Source: Azolla caroliniana (taxonomy: Eukaryota; Plantae; Polypodiophyta). From it: DNA of 64,000 nucleotides. The stretch is taken from positions 8,680,001 through 8,744,000 of the forward strand of contig JBHGNT010000003.1 in assembly GCA_043228905.1 (NCBI GenBank). Reading direction: 5' to 3'. The position numbers and the translations under genes were made by a program. Of the stretch, positions 45,467-59,271 are shown in pieces (the first letter of the stretch is position 1; each line of letters starts with the position of its first letter). The notes under the pieces were generated by a model. The model was not told the DNA's origin and did not search any database. It worked only from the letters and a program-made list of their open reading frames with translations.

Positions 45467-48460
45467 TTTATTTATTTTTTATAAAAGATTTTCTTCAATA
45501 GTATTAAGAATAAAACGCCTGAAGGCTACAACTTGAACCTAGTTACCAAGGAGGTTACAACTTTTCCTATACAACGCTGTAAAATACAAGGATGTTTACA
45601 TTTGTTGATATTAAAAAAAGAGTCCATGGAAGTCGATATTGCCATTGAGGTTCTTGAGTTGACATTGTAAACAGGGGCACCTTTTTCCTTTTCTTGTTCA
45701 CAGTATCTGGGGAACCCTGCATATTGTCATACTGGCCACAGACTACTGCCAGCAAGTTCTCCCATATCTCAAACAACACATCTGAGAGATGAATGTCTAA
45801 CCCATCATAAAGTCGGTTACATCGATATTTCCATAATGCCCATAATGTTATTGTGGTCACAGTTTTCCAATTTTGGACAGATCGCACCTGCTTGCGAGGT
45901 TGCTGGAAGGGACTAACTAATATCAATCTTCTATTATGTATTGTCATTGCCTCGTGAACATTGTTTGCCTCATACAACATCAAGCCAGAGTGTAATACTC
46001 CCCACATCACTCATCCCCATGAGAATAGGCAACCTACATTGATTGTTAGGAATAAAGACATGACTTTCTTCCATACTTGTTGAGTAAAAGAACAAGACCA
46101 TAGGACATGCTTGGTAGTTTCCTGAGGTTCATGGCAAAAGCCACATTGCCACAAATTGGGTGCTACATTCCCTTTCAATGAATGACCAACGGGTAGTGCC
46201 ATATGCACTAATAACCACTGAAAGAGAATAAATTTAGTTGGCCCCTTGAATGACCATATCCATTTCCAATAGGTTCTCAAATGCAAACTGGAAACACCCC
46301 AATTGGTCCAATGTTTCTGAGCTGTTGGTATCGTTACATTCTGAGAGAGCAGTAATGATCTTCCAAGTTTTACTAAGTATTGAAAGAAGGGGACCTTTAC
46401 GATCTTTTCCCCCAAGAAGTATAACCAAAGCCAACCCCCCGGATCCCATGTTAATCTTGCAACAGGATCTTTTGTGTATAGCCACAAGATATCACACATA
46501 TTCCTAGTAACATATATAAATAGAAACATTTTAGTTTTTCTCTTTAAAATACTCATCCACAATCATATAAATACTTACATTACTTACATGAAGTAGAACA
46601 ATGTCCTTATTTCAAAAAATTTATCTTGTTTGGTACAATGTAAGACATTAACAGTATTGCAAAGGATCCATTTCTTTCCAGTTTTAACAACCACTCTAAC
46701 TGGTGCACTTCGCAAGTCTTGTAGATAACTGCAATCAAAGGTATAAGATTGCAATCTATTGTTGTCTAGGACCTCAAAATAAGAAATGCATCCATTAGGT
46801 GAAACGCCTTTAACAGCCATTAATGTATCATTTGTGAAGCATCCAAACCATAGATGTTCCTGGCTAGGTTGGAAGGTTGTAAGAAACAAAGAATATGTTG
46901 ATGATAATGTGGCTGTCATTATCATGGCACCATGAACTGATTGTAGATGTGCAAGTCGATCTTCTTGCAGCATTTGTTGAAAATGAGTCCAAGTTCTTAC
47001 ATATGCAGCTGGCCCATTATCCAATTTACCCCAAGCAAGGTGAGTACGCAGGCCCAATACTTTTTCTGCATTATCCCGAAATAGAGAATTCGCAAGCATA
47101 GGCTGATTAAGTAATGCATCCCAAGTAGAAGGTTTGTCCTGTAGCAAAAATGATTTAATCGCATCCCACGCTCTTATGATTCCTAACAAAAATCTATTGG
47201 ATGCAAGATTCCTCCTTGGCGTTTTCATGTCATTCAAGAACAACCACTTTAGAGAGGGTGACCATGCTCCTCCTATCTTAGGAGTTAATTGCATTAACTG
47301 ATTTAAAAACATTCCTTTCCAAGCTTCTGATCTTGGCAACAAACCTTTGATAACAAAGTTAGTCAAGAGAGCTCTTGATTGCATCAAAGGATCTATCAAA
47401 CCCAACCCTCCATTGATTTTAGGTTGAATCAACACATTCCAAGCAACTTTGGCTACTATAGGAGAGCCATGTTCCCCCCCCCCCCCCAAAGGAAATTCCG
47501 GATCAAGCTTTGCACTTTTGTTATTGCCGATCTAGAAAATAGCCACACATATGCTATAAACCACATTGATGCCAATAGTACTGTGTTTGCTACCACAACT
47601 TGACCCGCAAAAGACAATTGTTGGGCATCCCAATACAATAATTTACATTTTAATGATAATAGTAACGGAGATAGCATTGCTTCTGGCCTTAAATCTATTC
47701 CAACCATACATCCCAAATATCGAATTGGCTCACCACGATGAAGCCATCGGAAAGCAGGACTTGGATACCACTTAGGATAAGTTTCTGCACCCACCCAAAG
47801 GCTAACCGACTTATTCCAGTTAAGTGATGCACCTGTAGCATCTGAGAAAACTTGCAAATCATTTTGTACTCGACGAAGATTACCAATCTCCCCGTCAACA
47901 TAGAGGGCTGTATCATCTGCAAACTCAACATCCACTATAGTGGATTGTGTAATAGGTAATACTATGCCTTTGATACTAGCAGCTGACGATCTTAGGTAGG
48001 AGGACAAGGCTTCCCCAAACAAGATGAAAAGAAATGGGGCAAGAGGGCATCCTTGCCTAACAAACCTGGAGATAGGAAATAACGTCCCGTATTCTCCAAC
48101 AAACAAAACTGAACTAGAAGCATGCCTGTAAAGGGATGAAAAACCTTTTATCCATGCGGCAGGAAAACCTAATCTTGACGCACTGCCTCAAGAAAGTCCC
48201 AATCCACTTTATTATATGCCTTTTCAAAGTCAAGCAATAATACTACAAGTTGTTGTTTATGTTGCTGAGCTAATGCAACCATTTCCCAGAACAAAAAGAT
48301 ATTATCAAAAATACTTCTATCTTGCAGAAAACCAAATTGTGTGTCATGAATAATAGACAGCAATACAGGTCGTAGTCTAACTGCCATAGTTTTTGCCACA
48401 ATCTTATACACAACATTAAGCAATGTTATTGGCCGCCACTTGGAGACTTCATGACATTAA
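45467..48460 (-). mobile_element. 5'-truncated L1-like LINE (RT domain to zf-RVT and tail), frameshifted
   Basis: WRPITLLNVVYKIVAK, LDFEKAYNKVDW, VRQGCPLAP, EFADDT, RYLG, GGLGL, CGFC...ETTKHVLWSC, LWALWKYRCNRLYD. A-rich tail near 45467-45480. Confidence 0.92.
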
Positions 48461-51374
48461 GTCTGATAGAATGTTGTTCCAACCCCAATCACGATTCCAG
48501 AAATGTTAAAATCACAATCGTTATTTCATATGCAATAGTAAATATAACCATGTACTTGATAGATTACATGACTATTATTTCTATGCATACCAAAAAACAT
48601 AATGGTAAATATTTGATCTCAAATGCCATATCTTCTTTTTGCTTAGTAAATTTATGTGCTATCTAAATAAGACGTAACATTAGCAAGAATGCCAAATTTT
48701 TTGAGATGAAATGTCTCCTTCTGTTTTCTCTATGTACATTTATCAAGTAATATACTAAGGTGTATCGTTCTTTCTTTTTAAAAAGAATGCCTAATTTGTG
48801 CACGTTGTTATAGTATGTAGTTTAGATTTAAATTGTAGATAATACAAGTTTGGGGAATATAGGAATTTTATGTGCATTCCATCATTACTTCAAATTGTTA
48901 TTTTAGAATTAGCATATATGACATGCCATTCTATACTGTATGGGCGTAGTTGCACATGAATAAGATGTCTTTAGTTTTATTAAAATGTAAGTATTCTATC
49001 ATGGACAAGAAAATTTGAATGTTATTTTCCCTATGTCTTCTATGGACGTAAGATAGACAATTAGGCATGTTTGTTGTATATTTGAGGCACTTTCAACATG
49101 CTATATTTCTACATGTTTCTATCATGATAATGCATTTTGCATGTTGTCTGCGTAATGATGTTTCCAATTTGTATTTCTCATGTCGTCCATGTAAATGACA
49201 TTTTTAATGTTATTTGTCAATTAAAATTTGTATTCATAGAAAATGAATTCTGTATAAGTTATTTTTAGATCCATACACTTTTAAATATATTGTTTCACTC
49301 ATGGAAAAATCTAGGGAGAGTCATTTTATTCTATTACCTTGAAAGCACATGATTAATGGGGTTTACAAATTACAAATACATATAGTGATCCCCCCAACTA
49401 TGTCTTATGATAAATGTGCATGCGGAGAAATATTGTGTAGCAAATTGTTTGCATACGTCAAGAAAAAGAATAAGTGGATGTGCATATAACTTTGTGTTTC
49501 AAATATTATATAGTGCATTTGCCCGTTTTTCGGTCATGCATTCCAAATCTTCAAATTTGCCTGCACCGATTTATAATGTGTCGTTTTGCAAATTACATCA
49601 TAGTTAACGTATTTTATATTTATTTTGGTGTAAATTGATTCTACGTTGTTCAGGATTGTGTGCTATGCTTTTAAAAAATCGCAAACAATAAGATATGTCA
49701 TTCTAAGAGCGTTGGAGCTAATATTATTACTTGGAGAGAAACATCATTTGTGTGCACTTTTTTATGTGATTGAATGTAACATGCTACTTTATAAATTTCA
49801 TGTGGGCATACTAATTGAATGCTCATCATATATTTGTAGAATTCACGTATGATTTGTGATAATTGTTTCTACATCCACCGAATGAAAGACAATGTAAACA
49901 TATGCCCGTAGAAATTAATTGTTTATAAATTTCATACTAGGTTTCACTATCTATACTAGAGTCATTCAATGTACACGTTTTCGATGTGTAGTATAATTTG
50001 TGTCACGTTGCATACACTATTCTTAATGCTAGCTTTTGCAATTGATTTAACTGTTGTGATGATTATTTGAATATTTAAAGGTAATTCTCACATATTATAC
50101 TGTTGCATATACTTTGGTATCATTTGTTTTGGAAAGTGGTTTGGTAACACCATCTTTTCTCAAGAGATGCAAATTGGATGATCTCAAAACATAAACATGA
50201 AGAATTTCATTATACTGTTGCAACCTATGTCTTGTTAACATTTCCTTGAGGCTATGGTATGTTTTGTTGTTGTGGAAAGTGGTTTTGTAAGGCTACTTTC
50301 TTAGGGTCAAAATCCAAGACTGCATTATCGGAAACTAAGACAATGACATTGTTTGTTGTGGAAATTGATTTGCAAAAGTCGTACTTATTAAGGCAAACTC
50401 TTAGTCTAGGTGTCCTCATGCAAAAGATGAGGAATGGGGTTTACATTTATGACCAAACTATAATACCCTCATAATATTTAAGAATGCACTAAAACATAAG
50501 ATTTATTATAAAGCTTCTAGTGATTCATTTTTATGAACATACCCAAGTACTGCTTAAATATCTACAATTCATCTTGTTTAGGGGACTTTCCTCCATGAGT
50601 TAATGTTTGTTGTACATCATACATTTTTTCTCTTGCGTCTATCGAATGCTAGATTTTAATGGTTATACATCGCCATAACATAACATACTTTCAGTATTTT
50701 TATGTTGATTGTTCTACAATCGTGGATATCAGTGACCTGGAAAGTGTGATTGAATAATTGGCTTGCAAAGTTTGACGCTTTCGATAATCATGCAAAATTC
50801 AACATGACATACACCCTTAATATCACCTTGATGAATATATTGACCACCCAAACATAACGCTTGGAAATATATTTTAAAGTGTAAAATTAACAGCACGTTT
50901 AATTTAGTTGTTGATAATAAGAAAGCTTCTCTTTTTATTGGGTGTGCCTTGGCTAGTTTTGAAAAGTTACTCATGTACTAGAGTCTATAACATAAAAATG
51001 TCTCCTGTCTTGTCAATCTCTCTACAATTTCTTACCTGGTTAATTCATAGTGAATGCATACTACTCGAAAACTAGGGGCAATGCATCACTTGTGATTTGT
51101 ACCTAAGGTCTTGTTCATTATAGATATATATTGTGTGTTGAAGTCCTTAACAATATGTGACGCCGAAATCCAACAATCAAGGTAATTCACATTGACCCCG
51201 CCGTCCTCATGCACCATAGTTTCACTCAAAACCTCACTTATGACATAGACTTGGTGAACCACTTCAGCCGATATTTGACAATACAAATAATAATTTAAAA
51301 CAATGTGATTATTATCCTTAATCAACACCTCCAACTATGAGACGACGTCCCTTATATCCATTGAGAACACATAG

Positions 51375-51381
51375 TATAAAA
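51375..51381 (+). promoter_or_regulatory. Candidate TATA box of pectate lyase gene
   Basis: TATAAAA ~175 nt upstream of the ATG, followed by a CA-rich 5' UTR-like leader. Confidence 0.55.
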
Positions 51382-51549
51382 GGGAAGCAAGTTATTCAAA
51401 TTAATCCCACATCAATTCATTATCACGTTATAACATCACATACACACAGACACACACACACATAGACAACACACATTGCTCTTATAACTCAAATAAAATT
51501 CATTCACAAACACACACACAACACAACACAAATTGCTCTTATAACTAAT

Positions 51550-53940
51550 ATGGCTGATCTTATTAAGAAGGCAACCATTCATTATATCTTCTTAGTGCTT
51601 TCCCTACTAGCATTGTTCAATATTATTATGTTAGCTACACAATTTACCGCAAATGCCGCGTCCACTTACAATCGGTAATTATATTTTAATTAGCGTAATG
51701 CTAGAAAATTGAATATCAATAAATGATGGGGTGGTTTGCTTTATTAATCATTAAGTGTGTAATTGACCTAATCATATGAAATGGATATCAATTATTTAGA
51801 AGTGTTTGGTAGGAAACATGTATATGCATGTAATATCAATGTCTTGATGCCTTTAGTTTTTGTTTACTTAGTTGATAACCATGCCTAGGATGTGTGAGCC
51901 ATTGATAGTCTAGTTAGGGCCCTCTTTTACACATACAAGTCACCAAACTGATTCAAATATCGTCTCCTTGTATTAATCATGCTACGTAATTTCATCAAAT
52001 TAGTACTCATCTCTAACTACCTAATCATGTGGAACAAATTGAAAGATGAAAATGGCCTTTAATTACCCATTAACTGGGGTACAATTTTAGTTTCATGATG
52101 AATTGGTCATATTAGTGAATTGTAAGCAATGAATGAGCCAATATATCATGGTAACTTTACAAATATTTCATGAAAAACACATATGGTTAGGTTCATGACA
52201 CATGAATGAATATAAGTTGTCATGGGGATATTAATGCTAATGTTAGGATGATGCTATGAATGTGGCCAATGTTGTTTGAAAACCACATTAGTCGCGGTAT
52301 CATTGGGATTGTTGTGTCAAGTGTTTGGAAGTGCAAGGTTGTTAGTTGGCATAGTCTCTAAGAGAAATATATTAGAAGTCAAGACAAATATGTTAAATAA
52401 ACTTACATGACCTTGGCTTCTCCCAATCTTTCATGACTTTGGGTGCCATATGCATCCAAAACCAACCACCCCTAGTCAAACTTATATGACCTTGACAAGA
52501 TTTGTAAATGTGGGGCAACTTTTTTTACATTGCATTGCAGGATCGACGAGTGTTGGCGAGGCAACACCAAGTGGGCACAATCTCGGACGAAGCTCGCCGA
52601 TTGCGCCATCGGCTTTGGTAGCAAGACAACGGGCGGAAAGGCCGGCAAGTTCTATGTAGTCACAACCGACGAAGACAATGCTGAGAGCCCTAAGCCCGGG
52701 ATGCTACGCTACGGCGTGATCCAGAAGGAGCCTTTATGGATCTACTTCGCACGCAGCATGACCGTGAAGCTCGAGTCGGAGCTCTTCGTGGGGAGCGACA
52801 AGACGATCGACGGTCGGGGCGCCAATGTGCACATTGCCGATGGGCCGTGCATGACGGTCCAAGACGCGAGCAACGTGATCATACACGGGCTACACATCCA
52901 CGATTGCCGGGGGGGCGGGTCCGATGGTGATGCCATACGTGTGGTGTCCTCGCGCAATGTGTGGATCGACCACAACTCCCTCTCGTCTTGCGAGGATGGA
53001 CTCGTCGATGTCACCCATGCCTCCTCCCTCATCACCATCTCCAACAACTACTTTTCCCATCATAACAAGGTCATGCTCCTCGGCCATAGTGACACCCATC
53101 CCGCCGACACCGCCATGAAAGTCACCGTGGCATTCAACCATTTTGGACCCGGCCTAGTCCAACGTATGCCAAGGTACTACTAACTACTACAACTAAGTTA
53201 CTACTAGTAGTCCTTTTCTACTTTACAATTGTGCCTAGGTTTTAGTCCATGATTTTGAATTACGATGAATAAGCAATCCTTCATTCTACACATTATGTGA
53301 TCATATGGTAAGGTGTCGTTACGGCTACTTCCACGTCTTCAATAATGACTACGATGGATGGGCTCAATATGCCATTGGAGGTAGCGCCGGGCCGACCATC
53401 CTGAGTCAGGGCAACCGCTTCCGCGCATCCAGCAGCAGTGTGAAGGAGGTGATCAATTGCACCTAATAATAATGTCTGGATTAAAATGCATTCATTGTAT
53501 GCTAAAGGACACCATGCATTTTCATTCATTCATCCATTGGTATTTGAAACATACATGATGGACTTGATCATGCATCATGACCTTCTCAAATGCAAAGCCC
53601 TACATAAATTATCACCACACAATCATTTTAACGTCGTTGTTAGCACATGGTAATCCACAAAATTCATGCACACGACGGACGGGTGTATGTGTGTCGCTCG
53701 ACTCATACAAGTTGTCGCGGGTGTGTACAGGTGACCAAGCGTACGGACGCGAGTGCCTCGGTGTGGCAGAAGTGGAGGTGGAGGTCCATCGACGACACTT
53801 TCTTGGACGGGGCATATTTTGTGCAATCAGGTACTGACTCGAATGATGACAATGCCTCTCTACAAGGTAACAGCAAGTTTGCGTCTTACATGACATCGTC
53901 CGCTGGAGCCCTCTCATGCACCACATCATCAGCTTGCTAA
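51550..53940 (+). CDS. Pectate lyase (polysaccharide lyase family 1), ~367 aa, secreted; exons 51550-51674, 52541-53173, 53313-53448, 53731-53940
   Basis: Signal peptide [36 protein letters not shown]. Motifs [89 protein letters not shown] introns with matching phases (1104 nt). Confidence 0.94.
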
Positions 53941-54397
53941 GCAACATTTGGTTGCTCAACTAATTATTCATAGACTTTCTCATCGACATGGATTCTATCA
54001 TTGTGGCCATGATTTCCACTCTCTCTCACACAATGTAATCATATACACTCGATATAGCTAAAATGGAGTCACTAAACACTTCAAGGGATATCATTCTTGT
54101 TTAGAGAAACATTTATGTTAACAACCAACCTTGTTAAATTCTTGCAACAAGGATGTAAAGGAATTATTTTAAGAATCAAATTTAATGTACAAGAATTGCA
54201 AATGTAGAGGCCGCTTGCAACAAGGTAAAGTCATGTTAACCCATTTCCTTGTTGCAATTGCCATCTATTATTTCATAATGTTATAATTGATACATTGATA
54301 TGTTGGAGATGCTCCTTTGAGGGTTTCTATGCATGAGCATGCATATGGAGGAAAAGAAACATAACACATGTGCATAATTGACACACGTGTAAGTTTC

Positions 54398-55750
54398 TTT
54401 TTTTTCCAAAAAAAAAAAGTCCTTCCATTAGTTATAAAATTTTACAAATGAGATTATTATGTACAAATCCTTGTAGGGACGCGATAGTTCCATCTTATGT
54501 GGATGTCCACTGACTCAAGAAAGGGAGAGAACGACCATTTTTGGATGAAGGCTATTTGTTGTCTTTCAACTCCATCGGAGCTGCCCTTGAGGCCATCATA
54601 TTGGCTCTTTAGAGTGGCTACAATTTCACTCCATATCTCTTGTAGTAACATTGTTGGATGCATAGTTTGGTTGGAGAAGATCCGTCTACACCGTTGTTTC
54701 CATAGAATCCAAAGAGTTATTGGGCTGACCAATTCTAACACAACTTGAGCTTTGTCATTAAGAGGAGTTGAGTGGACATTGCCGATGGTGGAGTAAAAAA
54801 CCTCTTGTGCTTTTATCACCAAAGTCATCCCCTCCTCCTGATGCTCGTATCTGCCAACTGGGGTTTGCCATGATAGCCAACATATATTTCCCCACTTGAT
54901 TGAGCCTTGAACCTGGCATAATTGCAACAATCGGCCAACCCCCCGCCATATTCGATGGGACAATGGGCAGTCCCACAGAGCGTGTCGTATTGATTCTATT
55001 GCATTTGGGCACTCTACACAATTAGGAGAGCTAAGGTTCCCACGTTGCCATGCCCCCACCGGTAGTGACTTATGTATTAATAGCCATTGGAACGTGGTAA
55101 TTCGCCTCACGTGTTGTTGTTTCCAGTTTTTTTGCCAAAACTTGGTGATAATTGTATGAGGAACTTGATATGTGTGCCAAACCTTTGCAACAGCCAGCTC
55201 TCGAGCAGTTTGAGCAGCTAGAATGTGGCGACCCAATCTAGTTGTGAATTGGAAGAAAGGGATGAGTTTGCTTCCTTGCCCTGTGTAAGGATCACGCCAT
55301 GTCCATTGCAAAGGGTCTCAACCGACCTTACGTAGCCATGTGTTTTCATGAGTACATATGTGCCAATCGGGTTGTACTTTGATCGGATCAGGATCTACAA
55401 TCCATTTATGACTAGTATACGCGAGTACTCGAATTGGGTTATTCTGTGTTGGTGTCTCAGTGTCTTGCAATTCAGAGCCTTCGATCCTATCTGGTGTTCC
55501 CCTACCTCTCGGGATCAAAGATCCCTCCTCGTAGCCTATCCATTTCTCCATTGTCGTCCTTTGAGTAGCAGCTTCCCTAATCAGTAGAGCGTTAATGATT
55601 TCCGATCTCATTGTCCATCTGCCCATGATTCCATGGAGTATGTTGGCTTTATCTTGTAGTGGCAGTGACATAAACTGTCTCAAACATTCTATACTTTTTT
55701 CTGAACTTTTTACAATGTATCCCCATGACAATCCCTTTCTATCACGGATG
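54398..55750 (-). mobile_element. L1-like LINE 3' part (zf-RVT), cut by gypsy insertion
   Basis: ORF 54457..55311: FQWLLIHKSLPVG..CVECPNAIESIRHALWDC..LWILWKQRCRRIF. Oligo-A tail at 54398-54405 (minus strand). Homologous to 14547-15241. Confidence 0.9.
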
Positions 55751-58610
55751 AACAATTGGAAGACAAAGAGATGGGTAAGTTGATGAGATAGAGAGATGGA
55801 TAAGTTGATAACAATGAGTACGAATATCTATTCCATGACTGGTGTTGATCTCCTTCATGTTAACAAGGGAGATCAACCCTTTTTATACATGATAAGCATG
55901 CTCAAGCCAAGTCATACAGACTATAATATTAAGCATACTGATTCTTGCATGCCAAGTCTTACATATTGAGTCTTACATACTAAGTCTTACATACTCAGTC
56001 TTACATACCACTCTTTATGCAAAGGTTTAAAGTCTAAAGTCTTTCTAGGAGCACTATATAGATATACAAGGACCTAAGGCTTGAATTCGACTCGATGTTC
56101 ATGACATTATCCCCCCCTTAAGCGCCGACTTCAAGAAGGTGCATGCTTGTGAGGATATCGGAGATGAAAATCATGAACCACATCTGGGGCATTGAGTAAA
56201 TTTTTTGTAGGCTTCCATGTGGCCTCAGAAATGGGATATCCTTTCCACAAGACCAGATATTGGAGATTTCGTCGGCTCTTGCGCGAGTCTAGAATGGTCT
56301 CGACTTCATACTCATCCCTGGTTGCCAATGCCACAGGGGGTGGCGGCTCGATGCTTCTTCTTGGAATTGCAGATGGATGGTAGAGCTCAAGAAGAGATGC
56401 ATGGAAGACATTGTGAATTCAGTAGTGTGATGGAAGAGCAAGACGGAAAGATAAGGGGTTGACTTTATCAACAATTTGGAAAAGACCTAATTTTTTGTAA
56501 TCACGTTTGTTGTATGGAAGAGTAGTCGGAATATGCCGTCGTAATAGCCAGACCATGTCGCCGACTTTAAAACTAGGTGCATCCCGCCGATGTCAACAAC
56601 CTTCTCTTTGTGTCGTTCCTGAGCAATGGAGAGTTCGAGGGATAGGTCATGCTGCACTTCTTTCATCAGACGAGCTCGTTCTTCAACACATGGATTCATA
56701 GAACCAGTAGGGATAGCTATGTTAAAGCGTGGATGAAACCCATAGTTTGCGAAGAAGGGTGTTACGCTAGGTGATCTGTGGAGAGTATTGTTGTAGGTGA
56801 ACTCGGCCATTGAAAGAAATTTGATCCAATCATCTTGTTGATAACTTATCATACATCGGAGATATTTCTCTAGAATCTGATTCACTCGTTCCGTTTGTCC
56901 ATCTGTCTCAAGATGGAAGGCTGTTGAAAATTTAGTAGAAGTTCCAAGTGTCTAGAAGAGGCGTTTCCAGAAATGAGACATAAATTGGGGACTGCCATCA
57001 GAGATAATGTCATTCGGTAAACCGTGAAGGCGCACAATATTTGTTAATAATAGATCTACTGTTTCCATCCTTGAAATTGCCTTAGAACATGGAATAAAGT
57101 GTGCCATCTTTGTGAATCTGTCAACCACCACCAATACTGAATTGAATCCATCAATGTTTGGAAGGTCAGTGATAAAGTCCGTTGAGATGGAGGCCCATAG
57201 CCTATTTGGATTTGGCAAAGGTTGAAGTAGACCGTAGGGACGATGATGTACTGCTTTGGTGTGGGCACATGTATCACTTGTTTTCACAAATTATTTAACA
57301 AGTTTCCAAGGTTGTGGCCACCAATAACTTCTAGATATTAACTCCAAAGTTTTTGCAATGCCAAAATGTCCAGCGAGGGCATCATCATGGCATTCCTTCA
57401 CGATACGGATACGACAAGGACCATCTGGGGCATACATTAAGTTGTACCAGAAAAGAAAACCATCCCGAAACATAAATTGGTTATGAATATTCCGTACCTC
57501 GCCTTTGGATGAGTTGTTGAGATTCTCCGTAATCTCTTGTGCAAATTTGTTGGTGGCAGTATTTGTGGCTATGGCATTGAGTAATGATTCATCCACGACC
57601 ATATAAGTTGCACTGAGTTGAAATTGATGTGGATGTAGGAGACAATGTGATTGTTGATTGTAGGTTGCATCCCCTGGCCGAATTTCGAATTCCGAACGTG
57701 GAGATAGTGCATCGACTTTACCATGTTGGGCACCAGGACGAAAAACAATTTCAAAGTCATAATCGGCCAGGAAGGTCGACCATCGCGCTTGCCTTCAATT
57801 CAAAATGCGAGTACTGGTGAAGTAGACAAGGTTCTTGTGATCGGCACCACCTGGATACGGTGTTGGGTGCCCGCCAAGCAAGGACGCCATTCTTCAAAGG
57901 CGACAATAATGGCAGAGAGTTTTTTGTCGTAAATTGGGTAGTTGATCTCGAGGGGTGAGAACTTCCTGGAATAAAAGGCAATAGGATGAAGGAACCCGTT
58001 TTTATCTGATTGAGAGAGAATGGCACCAATGGCGAAGTTAAAGGCATCAGTTTCAAATGTAAATGGTTTGGTCAGATCTGGATGAAAAAGTACCAAAGCC
58101 GAGGTAAAAGCTTTCTTTAGTGTCTCGAATGCCAGTTAGGTTGTTGGAGTCCAACAAAAAGGGGAATCATTCTGAGTGAGTGCTATAAGTGGTTGCGCTA
58201 GTGTAGAGAATCCTTGGATGAATCGACGATAGAAGTTGGCAAAAACCAAAAATAATTGCACATCCTTGACCTTGGTCGAGACTTCCCACTCTTGAACTGT
58301 TGCGACTTTCTTCTTGTCCATAGTGAGACCATCAGATGAAATGACGTACCCAAGGAATTCAACTAAGGTTCGATTAAATTCACACTTCTCGGGTTTCGCA
58401 TAAAGTCCATGTTCCTGAAGTTTGGACAAGATAAGTCGGACGTGCTTGGTGTGCTCTATGTAGTCCTGTGAGAAGATAAGTATGTCGTCGAGATAGATGA
58501 CCACAAATTGGTCCAGATATTCTCGGAAGATGTCATTCATCATATGTTGAAAAACAACATGGGCATTTGTGAGACCAAATGACATTACCATGTATTCAAA
58601 ATGCCCGTAT
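55750..58610 (-). mobile_element. Ty3/gypsy chromovirus, Tcn1-like (RT part, RNase H, integrase, chromodomain, PPT, 3' LTR ~55750-56106)
   Basis: RT YGHFEY.VMSFGLTNA..YLDDILIFS; RNase H ETDA..EINYPIYDK.L..FEEWR; integrase GHFGIAKTLELISRSYWWP, ISTDFITDLP, QQDDW; chromodomain EYEVETILDSR..QYLVLWKGYPISEATW (56131..56334); PPT AAGGGGGGG at ~56119-56111. Confidence 0.9.
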
Positions 58611-59241
58611 TGTTGGGAGACAGGTCCCTCCGGATGGGATGGGAGAAGATCAGTGACGATAAACAAACTCGGCCGAGGCCGAATTCGTATGAGGAGAGCT
58701 GGATGGTGCAGGCCCGGTGTGAACCAGATGAGGAGTACCCGGCTACGGAGAGCCGGATGGTGCAGGCCCGGTATGAACCGGAGGAAGAGACATATTCGTA
58801 AATATGTTTCTGAGAGCCCATTGTGGCTATATTTGTAAATAGCCGAAAAGTCATATTAGCATAAATATGACTTAGGGCAAACTAATATTATGTTGTTGTT
58901 GTCATTTTCTTGTTGGTGCAAGAAGAAGAGAGAGTGTGTAATTGTACAGAGAGAGAGAGAGAGAGACGAGGTCGTTGCCTCTGTTGTAACCGCCGCCTGT
59001 GGCGAAGATCGTGAGTCCGAGGTCGTTGCCTCCGTGAGCTCACTGTTTTGTACATTCTTACATAGTGACAGTTTGCAGCTTGTGGGCTGCCGTGGTTTTT
59101 CCCCTAGTTTGGGGTTTTCCACGTAAACCTCCTGTGTATCTTCCTCTCCTTTGTGTCGTGTTCTATTTCCCGTTTTCTGTGTATCATTCTAAGCTCGGTT
59201 GTGGCCGAGCGTTGCGCACAAGGAACGTTGGGTTTCCGTCA
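58611..59241 (+). repeat. 5' LTR of copia (631 bp) with internal ~54-bp tandem repeat
   Basis: TG..CA ends. GAGAGCYGGATGGTGCAGGCCCGGT occurs twice (~58693 and ~58748). PBS follows after 2 nt. Confidence 0.9.
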
Positions 59242-59271
59242 AGTGGTATCAGAGCGAAATCGACACAGAAA

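Noticed and set aside
48460-51300. Short ORFs in the AT-rich region upstream of pectate lyase
   Set aside because: No motifs or splice-consistent model; treated as intergenic.
14547-55750. All four LINEs on the minus strand
   Set aside because: With four elements this is compatible with chance.
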